A stretch of 64,000 bases of DNA from an uncultured Saprospiraceae bacterium (lineage in GTDB: Bacteria; Bacteroidota; Bacteroidia; Chitinophagales; Saprospiraceae), in the NCBI GenBank assembly GCA_937923345.1, contig CAKZVJ010000164.1, positions 4,052-68,051 on the forward strand, read 5' to 3'. Shown here piece by piece: positions 8,942 through 18,989 of this stretch (positions are counted from its first letter, which is position 1; each line of letters begins with the position of its first letter). The notes below the pieces were generated by a model that was not told where the DNA came from, did not search any database, and saw nothing but the letters and a program-made list of their open reading frames with translations. Made by a program: the position numbers and the translations under genes.

Positions 8942-9611
8942 CTAAGACTAAGTTGTCAATGATATTTACTAGGACATCAGTCAGATTTACTAGGGCTTCA
9001 TTGATTTTCCAATTGTCTTTATTTCTGGGTTCTACGTAGTTGGATATTGCTCTGAGTTGCAAAAATCTTTTTCGCTGACTTAAACAAACCTGAAAAAATG
9101 CAGCCCCTTCCATATTTTCTATATCTACTGCGAAGGCATCCTCTATCAACTCGATACTCTGTTTGCTACCCGAAACTTTGTTTACGCTAATAGAACTTGC
9201 CTTTGGAAGAAAGGAAAACTCATGTGCCGAAGGATTGATTAGTTTACCATTTTGGAATGGAGGTTTATCTGCTGGAATGAGTTCTAAATCATGAATGGAC
9301 AACAAACGGCCATTTTGATCTTCTGCGCCCAGATCACCGTATGCCTCTTCCGTAACGTTGACTACAGTTCCAATCTCAAACGCACGATTAAATGTACCAG
9401 CTAAGCCTATCAATATCATTAAGTCACTATCATTTTGAGCGATACGACTTGTATGGATGGCTGTATTGACCAAACCCACTCCACAGACTGAAAGAGAAAT
9501 GGAAAGATTTTGCTTCTTGTATACCCCTTTCTCTAAAGTAAAGTGTTGTTCAAGATGATTTAGTAAGGCGGCAGATTCAAATATGGTAGGGGAGAGTATA
9601 GCTAAATGCAC
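8928..9611 (-). CDS. mqnB: futalosine hydrolase / nucleoside phosphorylase-I family
   Basis: 227 aa. GVGLVNTA and IENMEGAAFF motifs of the MTA-nucleosidase/MqnB fold. The 3' end overlaps the convergent DUF1801 gene by 14 nt. Confidence 0.6.
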   Translation of the reverse strand: MHLAILSPTIFESAALLNHLEQHFTLEKGVYKKQNLSISLSVCGVGLVNTAIHTSRIAQNDSDLMILIGLAGTFNRAFEIGTVVNVTEEAYGDLGAEDQNGRLLSIHDLELIPADKPPFQNGKLINPSAHEFSFLPKASSISVNKVSGSKQSIELIEDAFAVDIENMEGAAFFQVCLSQRKRFLQLRAISNYVEPRNKDNWKINEALVNLTDVLVNIIDNLVLATSS

Positions 9612-9614
9612 TGT

Positions 9615-10448
9615 CTATTTTTTAGAGGGAAAATCATATCGGATACCTATTCCAGGTGTAATACCTAATATAGTTTGATAGGCTGTTGCTATATCAATTT
9701 TAAAATTGTCACCTAGCTTTAAGCCAACTCCAAGGCTAATGGAGGTAGGTTCTGTATGTGCACCTATACGCAAATTGAATATCTCGGAAAAAGAATAATC
9801 TATCCCTATCTTGTACCTAGGCGTAAAGTCAAGTTCTGCTTCTACATCAGCCAACAATGTTAGATTTTTTGAAGGTCTATAATTCAAGCCGAAACTAAGA
9901 ATGCTTTCTAAGGGTTCATCTTCAATGCCTCTATCTACTCCTAGTGGGTTGAAGAAATGTGCTCCAATGTCCATCTGTTGGCTGATTGAGGCAAGAATGC
10001 CTAACTCAACAGTATAGGTATTTGCGTTTCCGAATTCATTAATTCGCGTTCCGATATAGTCGAACTGAGCTCCAAAGCTGAATCTTTTTCCTAGTTGTCT
10101 AGCATATGCGAGTCCTATCTTTTGCTCATTGAATTCGCTAAATCCAAAGTAGTTGACTACCAAGCCAAATGTTCCTGCTTCTGTAGGAGTGGCGAATCCA
10201 ACAGTATGTCTACTCAACTCACCAATGTTAAACCTTCGTTCCGTATTAACACTCACGCTTGAACTGTTGAGAGAAGTTAGGCCTGCTTGATTACCAAACA
10301 AAGCATTTATATCTTTTCTTGCAAATGCAGTTTCTCCCATACTCAGCATTTCTGCAGATTGGGAAATCGCCAGAAAAGGAATGCAGAGTATTAAAATTGA
10401 ATATAATATTTTACTCATATATGCCCTAAAGATACAACTAAACTTCAA
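9615..10448 (-). CDS. outer-membrane beta-barrel protein (family unresolved)
   Basis: Signal peptide, alternating beta-strand pattern and C-terminal aromatic residue (IRYDFPSKK). Overlaps the upstream GH1 gene by 11 nt. Confidence 0.6.
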   Translation of the reverse strand: MKFSCIFRAYMSKILYSILILCIPFLAISQSAEMLSMGETAFARKDINALFGNQAGLTSLNSSSVSVNTERRFNIGELSRHTVGFATPTEAGTFGLVVNYFGFSEFNEQKIGLAYARQLGKRFSFGAQFDYIGTRINEFGNANTYTVELGILASISQQMDIGAHFFNPLGVDRGIEDEPLESILSFGLNYRPSKNLTLLADVEAELDFTPRYKIGIDYSFSEIFNLRIGAHTEPTSISLGVGLKLGDNFKIDIATAYQTILGITPGIGIRYDFPSKK

Positions 10449-11616
10449 TACTGTTGCTTTTGCATATAGAGTTATAGAATCGGCCAGCCGTCGTAATGGT
10501 TCTATCTCTGGTTTCTAGGTCAACAGAGGCTAAACCAAATTGATAGGTAGGTCCTAGGTTCCATTCAAAGTTATCAAAAGTGCTCCAGTGAATATACCCT
10601 TTGATATCAACGCCATTGGCAATCAATGTATGGATAATGCTGAGGTAGTCCTTTAGACATTGTATTCGAGCTTCAGGGTCAGGAGAACAGATACCATTCT
10701 CCGTGATGATTACAGGCTTTTTATACTTATCGTATAACCTTTGGATATTATACCCTAGACCCTTTGGTTTGTAGGCCCACATACCATCGTGAGGATAGCC
10801 CATTTCTGCTAGTTTCCCAGGCTGATCTATTTCGGTAATTGCACCCGGTTTGAATAAAATATGCGCGTAGTAGCTTATGCCTAAGTAATCCACTTTTTTG
10901 AATAAGTCTGCAGTTTGTTTTACAAACCACCAGTCAGTGAATCTAGCCAGCAATTTTCCAAAAAAGTTTAGCCCTTCAAACAAAGCAGTGTTTAAGGAGA
11001 TACCGACTTGTTTCTCAGGGGTAGCTTCTTTAATGTACGGATAAATTTTGTCATGCGCTTTAGCCATATTTTTAAGCGCGCGTGTTCCTTTAAAAATATT
11101 TTGCTGTTGGGGTGGAAAATTACCAGTGATATAAGCATTCAAACAGAATACATTGGGTTCATTAAACGTATTCCAGTTAAAGACAAAATCTTTGAAATGT
11201 AGTACACACTTTTTTGCAAAATCAATGTAAACATCAATGTTGTCAGGATTTAACCAGGCATTCGTTTTCTCAAACCAGAGTGGGTGTGTAAAATGATGAA
11301 TTACAAACATAATTTGTATTCCTCTATCATTAAGCTTTTGAAAAAAATCTGTATATTCTTTTACCACCTCTACATCAAAAAGACCATAGGCATGAGTTTG
11401 TAGCCTAGCCCAATCTACACCGCATCTATAGACCGTGCCAAAGGCTGCAATAATATCAATATCCTCATCACGTCTTAACTCATGATCCGCAGTTCTATCA
11501 AATATATGCCCATCCTTGGATTTGAACCCTTTCCAATTATGATCTGAGGCTGTTTCTATTTGCGCAGATGCGGTTGAGGTACCCCATAAAAAATCGTCTG
11601 GAAAATCTAGTCTCAT
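10438..11616 (-). CDS. glycoside hydrolase family 1 (beta-glucosidase-like)
   Basis: FLWGTSTASAQIE N-terminus, acid/base NEP (TFNEPNVF), nucleophile ITENG. No signal peptide. Confidence 0.85.
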   Translation of the reverse strand: MRLDFPDDFLWGTSTASAQIETASDHNWKGFKSKDGHIFDRTADHELRRDEDIDIIAAFGTVYRCGVDWARLQTHAYGLFDVEVVKEYTDFFQKLNDRGIQIMFVIHHFTHPLWFEKTNAWLNPDNIDVYIDFAKKCVLHFKDFVFNWNTFNEPNVFCLNAYITGNFPPQQQNIFKGTRALKNMAKAHDKIYPYIKEATPEKQVGISLNTALFEGLNFFGKLLARFTDWWFVKQTADLFKKVDYLGISYYAHILFKPGAITEIDQPGKLAEMGYPHDGMWAYKPKGLGYNIQRLYDKYKKPVIITENGICSPDPEARIQCLKDYLSIIHTLIANGVDIKGYIHWSTFDNFEWNLGPTYQFGLASVDLETRDRTITTAGRFYNSICKSNSIEV

Positions 11617-11793
11617 ACTCTATCTTAATGATTCTGTAATTTTCGAAATATATTAAATCAAATTCCGGTAAGCCTATGCGTAATATTTAAACATGAATCT
11701 AATTATGTTATCTTTATATAGCTGGTATACAGCGAATAAAAATTTACTACTAAGGTACGAGTTCGCTACTTTCCAGAGTGGATTCAACCCTCG

Positions 11794-12498
11794 TTAATAA
11801 ACAAATGCTGGAATTTGATGCTTGTCGTTTTGATAGGTAAAATGCAAACCAAGACCCAGGCCATTGGCATCTCCAACGCGTATTGAGGCAGGATTGATTT
11901 GCATACTAATGTCCTCTGATACGTCAAATGAATTTAGATGAGCATCTACAAAAGCATCCACGGAGTTCAAGATCCAAGCGAGGGTGAAAAATATATATGC
12001 TTGTTGCCTCTGTTTATTGAATCTATCTCTCAGAGTCAAATGACCGCTTTCACTTAAGGTGGCAAAGGGGCTTACCGTATCCACTTCATTATCCACCACA
12101 GCGAGATAAGCATCTCTGAAAGTACGATAGTCTTTTGTGCTTTCTATAGCATAGAATCCGAGACCCCCTAAGGCACCGTACACAATAGGTAGCTTCCATA
12201 ATTTCTTATTGTAAATTTGCCCGCTTCCTGGTAGTAGTAGACTCATGGCAGCGGCTCTATTTGGATTGGGATATTTATTGTCTAGAATAGACTTAATAAG
12301 TTTAAAACGGACTTTTTCAATGGTATCTAAACGAGCTACTTGCGTACTATCTCCAAGGGCTTCTTTTTGTTTGTAAAAGGCTCCTTCTTCTTCTGCAGTC
12401 GTATCGGGTACATCCAATGTACTAGGTTGTTGAGCGCTTGCTGTAATGCAGGTCAGTAAGCAGAGCAAACAAAAAATAAGACGAAATACGAATGGCAT
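11794..12498 (-). CDS. DUF5683 domain protein
   Basis: LLLPGSGQIYNKKLWKLPIVYGALGG motif and the usual Bacteroidota position immediately downstream of parB. Confidence 0.65.
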   Translation of the reverse strand: MPFVFRLIFCLLCLLTCITASAQQPSTLDVPDTTAEEEGAFYKQKEALGDSTQVARLDTIEKVRFKLIKSILDNKYPNPNRAAAMSLLLPGSGQIYNKKLWKLPIVYGALGGLGFYAIESTKDYRTFRDAYLAVVDNEVDTVSPFATLSESGHLTLRDRFNKQRQQAYIFFTLAWILNSVDAFVDAHLNSFDVSEDISMQINPASIRVGDANGLGLGLHFTYQNDKHQIPAFVY

Positions 12499-12502
12499 TG
12501 AT

Positions 12503-13393
12503 TTATTCTTCTATCATTTCGAGAATACGATTAAAATCATCGACATCAGAAAATGGGATTACAATTTGGCCTTTATGACGGCCTTTCAGCTTGATATCCA
12601 CCTTAGCGCCTAATTGCTTTCTTAGATTGCGTTGAACATCGCGATATTCAATAGAAAGCTCTTTTGCTGCCGAATTTCCTGATCCTGGCTTCAAGTTTTT
12701 AAGCTTAACTGCCTTTTCAGTATCTCTAACAGAGAGGTTTTCTTTGATTATCTTATGAAAGAGGGCCAATTGCTGGTCAACGGTTGTAAGGCCATGTATA
12801 GCTTTTGCGTGTCCAACCGATATTTGCCTTGTTCTTAAGCCAGTTTGTATACTAGGAGGCAATTCTAGCATTCTTAAAGAATTGGTAATGGTACTTCTCT
12901 TTTTGCCGACACGAGTCGCCATTTCTTCATGTGTCAGGTCAAATTCCGATAAAAGTCTGCTGTAAGAAAGCGCCACTTCCAAAGGATTGAGATCCTCTCT
13001 TTGTATATTCTCAATGAGTGCCATTTCTAGCAGTTCCTGGTCATTGGCTATCCTAACGTATGCAGGTACCTCTGAAAGTCCTGCGAGTTGAGAAGCTCTG
13101 AACCTTCTTTCTCCACTTATTATTTCATACTTGTCTTCGCCAATTGACCGCAGCGTAAGGGGTTGGATGATACCGTGTGCCTTAATAGATGCAGCTAATT
13201 CTGATAAAGCTTCTGGCTCAAAATCTGTTCTTGGCTGATTTGCATTAGCAGTGATTTGCTCGATTGGTATCATCGCCGTGGTGGAAGATAGAGATTTTAC
13301 AAATTTTGCATTTTCTTCCTTGGTTTGCGGCTCCTTATTGCCTAATAGTGCTCTGATTCCTAATCCTAATTCCTTCTTTTTTACCTTAGCCAT
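12503..13393 (-). CDS. parB: chromosome partitioning protein ParB
   Basis: IQPL..R......YEIISGERRFRASQLAG ParB box, HTH region, C-terminal dimerisation segment. Confidence 0.9.
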   Translation of the reverse strand: MAKVKKKELGLGIRALLGNKEPQTKEENAKFVKSLSSTTAMIPIEQITANANQPRTDFEPEALSELAASIKAHGIIQPLTLRSIGEDKYEIISGERRFRASQLAGLSEVPAYVRIANDQELLEMALIENIQREDLNPLEVALSYSRLLSEFDLTHEEMATRVGKKRSTITNSLRMLELPPSIQTGLRTRQISVGHAKAIHGLTTVDQQLALFHKIIKENLSVRDTEKAVKLKNLKPGSGNSAAKELSIEYRDVQRNLRKQLGAKVDIKLKGRHKGQIVIPFSDVDDFNRILEMIEE

Positions 13394-13414
13394 ATCTGTC
13401 TACGTTTATATGCT

Positions 13415-13446
13415 CAAAAATAGATAAAAGGAAGGACATTCAGCAA
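13415..13446 (-). promoter_or_regulatory. Bacteroidota-type promoter for parB
   Basis: Minus-strand TATTTTTG (plus-strand CAAAAATA, 13415-13422) lies 22 nt upstream of the parB ATG. Minus-strand TTG (13444-13446) sits 21 nt further upstream. Confidence 0.45.
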
Positions 13447-13527
13447 GTAGGGGACCGCTAAATACCTACTCCAAACTAGAATGCCCAGATTTAATCTATT
13501 TATCAATTAAGAAACAGTCTAAAACCA

Positions 13528-16500
13528 TTACATCCCAGCTTTTTTCTCCAATGTACTAATTCTGGCGTCATATTGGGCTCTTATCTTATCGGCCTCAGCA
13601 TTAGCTTTTTCATTTATTTTGTTAGTAGTTTGACTCACTTTGTTTAGAGAGGCTTGATGAATATCATCAGCTTTCTTCTTTGCGAGCTTGGCGCCTTCCT
13701 GCGCAGCTAACTTTTTAAATGGATTACCACCTGCTTTTTCAACTAGTTTGTCTGCTTCAGCGTAGGCTATATCCCTTGCTTGATCAGCTCGTTTTTTTAC
13801 TTCGGCTCTAGCTTTATCCACCTGTATTTTGGCATTATCTTTTATCCGCTTAATTTTCGCATCTGCTTCTGCTTCCAGTCTAGCTTTTTCTGCAGCTAGC
13901 TTCTCCTTTGAATCATCCACTACCTTCGTGACTACCTTCGTGACCGTATCTCTTACTGTTTCCTTGACTTGATTCACGACATTAGCAGCTACATCTTTGA
14001 CGGATTGTCCTTCTGCACCAGTAGGCGTTATTTTAATTTTTGGACTTGCCATGGTTCCTGAAATATCCACCAGCACATTTACAAAATCTCCATTGGCAAT
14101 ATTAACTCCTAACTTGGAGGCTTCTTTATTGAGAAAATCTAAACCTTTATTAGCCGCTTGTACTGCAGCATTGTTACCCATCAATTCCTTAGGAATTTTA
14201 GCCTTTATCGTATAAGCCATATCACTGTCAAAGCCATGCGTTCCTCCTACCAACATTTCTATATTTCTGATTTTATGTTTTGATTCTTCAAGGACTACTT
14301 TGCCATCTTGGATGCTAAACCAATTTTTAGAGTCATCAATTGTGATTTTTCTTAACCATTTGATATCTAGTTTTTCACCAACTTTGGTCAAAGGATCAAA
14401 ATTATTTAAAATGGCATTGAAAGTTTGAATGAAGCCCTCGGCGTTTAAGGTGTTTAGGTTAGGCAACATATCCTTTCCTAATAAGCCATTAAAGCTCAAA
14501 TTAGTTGAAAAATCACCATCTAAGAACTTGGCCATTGGCATTAAGGCTTTAAAAGTGTTTAATTTTTCAAAGGTCTCTCTAAAGTTTAGTCGATCTACAC
14601 TGTAATCCAATTCGAACTTAGGCTCATCGGTGTCTTTTGAGTCATATAGACCAGAGACGTTCATATTACCTCCTAAAGTCTGCATGTTGACCTTGTCCAT
14701 TTTCATGGCCTCATCTTCAATTTCTACAAGTCCTTTAACTTTTTTCAACTCGAGATCCGTATATAGCAATTTGCCAATATCTGCAGTGAGGTCAATGTCA
14801 ATATTTTCAGGCACTTTGAAAGGCTCAACATCGTCTTCGTTGGCCATAGCTTTAGCTTGTCCTTCGGTGGTTGTTTCAATCATGAATTGATTTGCATCAA
14901 TAAAATCACTATTCAATGAAATCGCCCCATCTAAGACTTCGTTATCAAACAAATAGCCGAACACGTTGCTTATCTTTCCACGTCCTTTAAAATCGCTTTT
15001 GCCAATCTCGGTTTGAAAGTTATCAAGACTGATAGCATTCGGAGTGAAGTGTCCCTTCATTACATTGTTGCGTAGGTCATAGCCTGCATATTTTATCTTG
15101 TCTACTTTTGTATCTAGAGTAAAATCAAACCGATCAAATACTTCTGTATCCGCAATGTCCTCTTTGGTATCTGTGTTTAGAGTCGTCGTCGTAGTCGTTT
15201 CAATAGTCTCCGTCATCCATTCATCAGCGTCAAAGAATGTGGAGCTGATTACCATTTCCCCCTTCATCGTTTTTTCGGGAGAGAACCAGGCTAGAAAATT
15301 ATCAATCTTACCACTTGCCTTTATATCACTTTTACCGAGTTGTGCATCAAATTGGTTAATTTTTAAAAATTGGGGTATAAAATCTACTTGCATTTGATTA
15401 ATAGAAATAGGAGGGCTGTCCTTGGCCTCGTAATTCATATCGCGGATAGCCAACTTACCTCTCATATCTGCATCTGAATACGCACCCTTATCTAGAGTGG
15501 ACATCTTAGTGGTGATTTCGAAGTCGGTGTCAATGATTCCGTTAATTTTCTCTACGCCTTCCATGGGGAAAGCTTTAGCAAATTGAGAAAGATCTATGAC
15601 GCCTTTCATTTTAGTATCAATATCTGGATCAGATAATGGCGTCTTGAGAAGCAACCTACCTTCGAATGGTTCATTTCCAACTTTCAAATTGATTTGCTTG
15701 ATATTCAGCACCATATCGTCAAAGTCGCTGGTAGGACTTTTAACTGATATATCGGAATTGATGGCACTAAGACCTAGCGGTAAATCTGGATATTTAAGAT
15801 TACCATCTGTGATGTCAATATCGAATGCAAATTCTGGATATATTTCTTTCACTTCATTGTAGGTGCCCTTGGTAAAACCTTTGAAGCTAACGGCTCCAGT
15901 GGCTTCTACTTCATCATAGTCCGCTGTATATGCTCCTGGAACGAAAGAAATTAGTTCCTTCAAGGAATTCGTAGGTGTCGAAAAGACCAAATCCATTTTG
16001 ATATCACTTTCTGTGGTTTGAACAAAACCATCAGCTTTCATTTTCAATGCATTCAAAAGCAGATTATTTTCTTTTAGCGTGTATTTAGATTGATCAAGAT
16101 CAATATTGAAAATAGCATCTAGTTTCATATTGGCTTTGCTGATATAATTGATTCCGCCAGTACTGAATATTACATTATTGGCTGTCGTTTTAGTGATTAG
16201 GTCAAAAATACTGGTTGTGAAATTTCCTGTACCATCGTGGTTAATGGATTCAGCATGCATGTACAATCCCGATGCTTTGTCTATGTAGCTGAAAATGCCA
16301 TTTTCGATTTCGTATTGTTCTAAATTTAATTCGTAGGCAGAGCTCTCGTCTGTTGTAGTCTCAGCTTCTTCGCTGGGCTTGGCAATATCGTAGTTTGCTT
16401 TTCCATTTTTCGCAACAACAATGTTTAAGTTTGGCTCCTCAAAGTAGACTGACTTTACTTTGATGGATGTTGACTTATTGAGCACGGACCATAGATGGGC

Positions 16501-16776
16501 GTTTATACAAAGAGATTTTCCCTTAGCCAGTGGAATCCCTTCAAACTCATTAATTCCCTGAATAGTATAGTCTTCCAGACAAACGGTAAAATCAGGGAAA
16601 GACTTGATAAGTGATACGTTGACATCATCAAAAGTCAAGGTAGCGTTGATATTCTTGTTTATTTCATTGGCAGCGAGATCTTGTAGTTGCCCTTTGAAAA
16701 GTACAGGAACAAGGACTATTGCAACTATTATTAATACAAAGAGTACTAAAACAAAGTAAATCAGCCGTTTAAGCAT
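13528..16776 (-). CDS. AsmA-family protein with a charged helical C-terminal tail
   Basis: About 1080 aa. Single N-terminal TM helix (start taken at ATG 16776, MLKRLIYFVLVLF) and a long beta-rich body typical of AsmA/TamB-like proteins. The last 150 aa or so are K/A/E/D-rich. Confidence 0.65.
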   Translation of the reverse strand: MLKRLIYFVLVLFVLIIVAIVLVPVLFKGQLQDLAANEINKNINATLTFDDVNVSLIKSFPDFTVCLEDYTIQGINEFEGIPLAKGKSLCINAHLWSVLNKSTSIKVKSVYFEEPNLNIVVAKNGKANYDIAKPSEEAETTTDESSAYELNLEQYEIENGIFSYIDKASGLYMHAESINHDGTGNFTTSIFDLITKTTANNVIFSTGGINYISKANMKLDAIFNIDLDQSKYTLKENNLLLNALKMKADGFVQTTESDIKMDLVFSTPTNSLKELISFVPGAYTADYDEVEATGAVSFKGFTKGTYNEVKEIYPEFAFDIDITDGNLKYPDLPLGLSAINSDISVKSPTSDFDDMVLNIKQINLKVGNEPFEGRLLLKTPLSDPDIDTKMKGVIDLSQFAKAFPMEGVEKINGIIDTDFEITTKMSTLDKGAYSDADMRGKLAIRDMNYEAKDSPPISINQMQVDFIPQFLKINQFDAQLGKSDIKASGKIDNFLAWFSPEKTMKGEMVISSTFFDADEWMTETIETTTTTTLNTDTKEDIADTEVFDRFDFTLDTKVDKIKYAGYDLRNNVMKGHFTPNAISLDNFQTEIGKSDFKGRGKISNVFGYLFDNEVLDGAISLNSDFIDANQFMIETTTEGQAKAMANEDDVEPFKVPENIDIDLTADIGKLLYTDLELKKVKGLVEIEDEAMKMDKVNMQTLGGNMNVSGLYDSKDTDEPKFELDYSVDRLNFRETFEKLNTFKALMPMAKFLDGDFSTNLSFNGLLGKDMLPNLNTLNAEGFIQTFNAILNNFDPLTKVGEKLDIKWLRKITIDDSKNWFSIQDGKVVLEESKHKIRNIEMLVGGTHGFDSDMAYTIKAKIPKELMGNNAAVQAANKGLDFLNKEASKLGVNIANGDFVNVLVDISGTMASPKIKITPTGAEGQSVKDVAANVVNQVKETVRDTVTKVVTKVVDDSKEKLAAEKARLEAEADAKIKRIKDNAKIQVDKARAEVKKRADQARDIAYAEADKLVEKAGGNPFKKLAAQEGAKLAKKKADDIHQASLNKVSQTTNKINEKANAEADKIRAQYDARISTLEKKAGM

Positions 16777-16991
16777 AGAGTTGTGTGTTTTAAATTTGTT
16801 GAAATTAAAGACCAAAATAGGCGTCTAATACTATAAATGTAACGTAAAACTAAAGACTTTAGTTAAATTAAGTTTTTTGCTAATACATATTTTTAAAATG
16901 GGTCAATAATTTATACTTTCATATGCTTTTTGAATGAGTTGAATTATTTATAGCCACAACTATTGATCAGATTTAGTTAGAATTAAGAGGA

Positions 16992-18182
16992 ATGAGTCAT
17001 GTATATATAGACGATCAAAAGAGTCTAAAGAAATTTTTAAAAGATAATGCCGATATAAAATGGATGGGTTTTGATACTGAGTTCGTTGGTGAAAATCGAT
17101 ATACAACATTATTGTGCCTAATCCAGATACAAACTGTTCATGGATCTTATCTAATCGATACCATTGCTCTTAAGGCCATAACGGGCTTACTAAAGATGAT
17201 ATCCAATCCAAATATCTTGGTGATATCCCATGCAGGCGTAAACGATTACCATATTCTTTACAAACTTTACGGAATTTTACCAAAAAACGTTTTTGATACG
17301 CAAGTAGCAGCGGGTTTTGTCGGATATAGGTATCCAGTGAGTTTTCAAAAGCTTTTAAAGAAGGAGTTAGGGATTAACATATCGAAATCTTACACGGTCA
17401 CCAATTGGGAAAAGCGTCCATTAGGAGCTAAACAGGTACAATATGCCATAAATGATATTCTGCATCTACAAGACTTGTATAAATCCTTAAGCAAGCAGCT
17501 CAAGGACAAAAAGCTTACTAAATGGGCCAATGTAGAAATGAAAAGATTGGAAAGCGAAGAATACTATACAAGAGATAAATACCATGAAGCAAGGCAGAAT
17601 AAACTTATGAAGAATTTGTCTACTCGAGAGAGAATATTCTTAATGCGATTATATATATGGAGAGATGAACTGGCTGAAGAGAAAAATAAAACTAAAGAAC
17701 AGATTCTACCAAAACGTTTGATGGCTGCCATAGTAAAGAATATAAAATCTGGCAAGGAAGCCTTGAAAGACAATAGAACCATATCCAATCGATCGATTGA
17801 GCGAAATTGGAATGCCTTCAAAAAAATGTTTGATAAAGAAGCAACAAAGGAAGAACAGGAAGTGGCCCAGAGCATTCAGTTCATAGATGAGATAAATGAT
17901 GAAATGGTGCTTACTAATGAAATGTTGTTCATACTAGTAAAACAAAAGTGTGCTGAATTTGGTATTTCGCAGTCCTTAATCCTACAAAAAAGTCAGTTAT
18001 CTAAAGCTCAATTAGGGGACACAAGCCTTGGATTCATGAAAGGTTGGAGACGTACTTTTCTTGGAGACGACTTTATCAAATTATTACTTAAACCTGGGTC
18101 AATGAAAATGGAACTCACAGGCAGAAAGTGTATCGTAAATTTCACAGATAGCACTAAAGATTCCATTAAATCAAAAACTTAA
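16992..18182 (+). CDS. rnd: ribonuclease D
   Basis: DEDD 3'-5' exonuclease motifs GFDTEF, HAGVNDYH and YAINDILHL, followed by an HRDC-like region. Confidence 0.8.
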   Translation: MSHVYIDDQKSLKKFLKDNADIKWMGFDTEFVGENRYTTLLCLIQIQTVHGSYLIDTIALKAITGLLKMISNPNILVISHAGVNDYHILYKLYGILPKNVFDTQVAAGFVGYRYPVSFQKLLKKELGINISKSYTVTNWEKRPLGAKQVQYAINDILHLQDLYKSLSKQLKDKKLTKWANVEMKRLESEEYYTRDKYHEARQNKLMKNLSTRERIFLMRLYIWRDELAEEKNKTKEQILPKRLMAAIVKNIKSGKEALKDNRTISNRSIERNWNAFKKMFDKEATKEEQEVAQSIQFIDEINDEMVLTNEMLFILVKQKCAEFGISQSLILQKSQLSKAQLGDTSLGFMKGWRRTFLGDDFIKLLLKPGSMKMELTGRKCIVNFTDSTKDSIKSKT

Positions 18183-18220
18183 GCATAATTAGATATCAAA
18201 GTGCAGCGCCTTAGATCATT

Positions 18221-18247
18221 TTTGTATCTAAGGGTTAGTTATATTTG
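18221..18247 (+). promoter_or_regulatory. Bacteroidota-type promoter for the 18276 beta-barrel gene
   Basis: TTTG at 18221-18224, a rather short 15-nt spacer, TATATTTG at 18240-18247, ATG at 18276. Confidence 0.4.
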
Positions 18248-18275
18248 CAGTCTTAAAAGATCCGAACAATTAATA

Positions 18276-18968
18276 ATGATAAGATATTTTTGGTGTTTCC
18301 TCTGTGTATGTATGTTTCCATTTTATGGGCTAGCTCAGGAATTAGATAGCATAGCACAACGTGAAATACGTACCGGTTTTCATACAGTCGGAGAAAACAT
18401 AAGTGAGGCAGTTCTGAAAGGTAATAATGGATTTGGATTTGAGGTGGGTGCATACCAAGAGCGAAAACTTTTAGATAAAGTATCCTTTTCTTATGAAGCA
18501 GGGTTTCGATACAAATCATATGAGGAACAAGTATTTGTCATTGATAGTTCGGCTGTTTTACTTGACCCAGTACCCGACACTGCAATCATTGCAGATAGTT
18601 ATAATGTGAGACATGATGATTTAAAATTAACTACTCTTGTGTCTGTGCGATTTGTCTACTTAGAGAACCCTAATGTGTATTTTATACTAGGAGTGGGACC
18701 AGAATTTACCTTCAGACAGAGAATAGATGAAACCTATCTTAATTCAAGGTTTTTTAATCGAGACGGGGAATTGCTTTCAGAAAATGTGCTAGATCTGCCG
18801 CCAGATGTAGGGGATGACATATTTAGAAATTCAGTGGTAAATTTGCGTATAGATTTAGGCATAGGAATCGAGCTTAAGAAATTTAATATAGAGCTCGTAC
18901 ATCGGACGGATAATACCCAAAATTTGGGATTGCGCATTCGATACACTTTCGATACCCTTATTTATTAA
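18276..18968 (+). CDS. hypothetical outer-membrane beta-barrel protein
   Basis: Signal peptide MIRYFWCFLCVCMFPFYGLAQ, beta-strand periodicity, C-terminal ...YTFDTLIY. Start moved to ATG 18276, downstream of a TATATTTG box. Confidence 0.5.
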   Translation: MIRYFWCFLCVCMFPFYGLAQELDSIAQREIRTGFHTVGENISEAVLKGNNGFGFEVGAYQERKLLDKVSFSYEAGFRYKSYEEQVFVIDSSAVLLDPVPDTAIIADSYNVRHDDLKLTTLVSVRFVYLENPNVYFILGVGPEFTFRQRIDETYLNSRFFNRDGELLSENVLDLPPDVGDDIFRNSVVNLRIDLGIGIELKKFNIELVHRTDNTQNLGLRIRYTFDTLIY

Positions 18969-18989
18969 GAATTTGCTTAATTTTCACCG

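Noticed and set aside
13997-15862. Several 70-100 aa plus-strand ORFs inside the AsmA-family gene, and similar antisense ORFs in fadB-like, folC, pruA, SSS and other long genes
   Set aside because: All are embedded antisense in long, motif-supported genes. They have Ser/Leu/Ile-rich translations typical of antisense AT-rich coding DNA.
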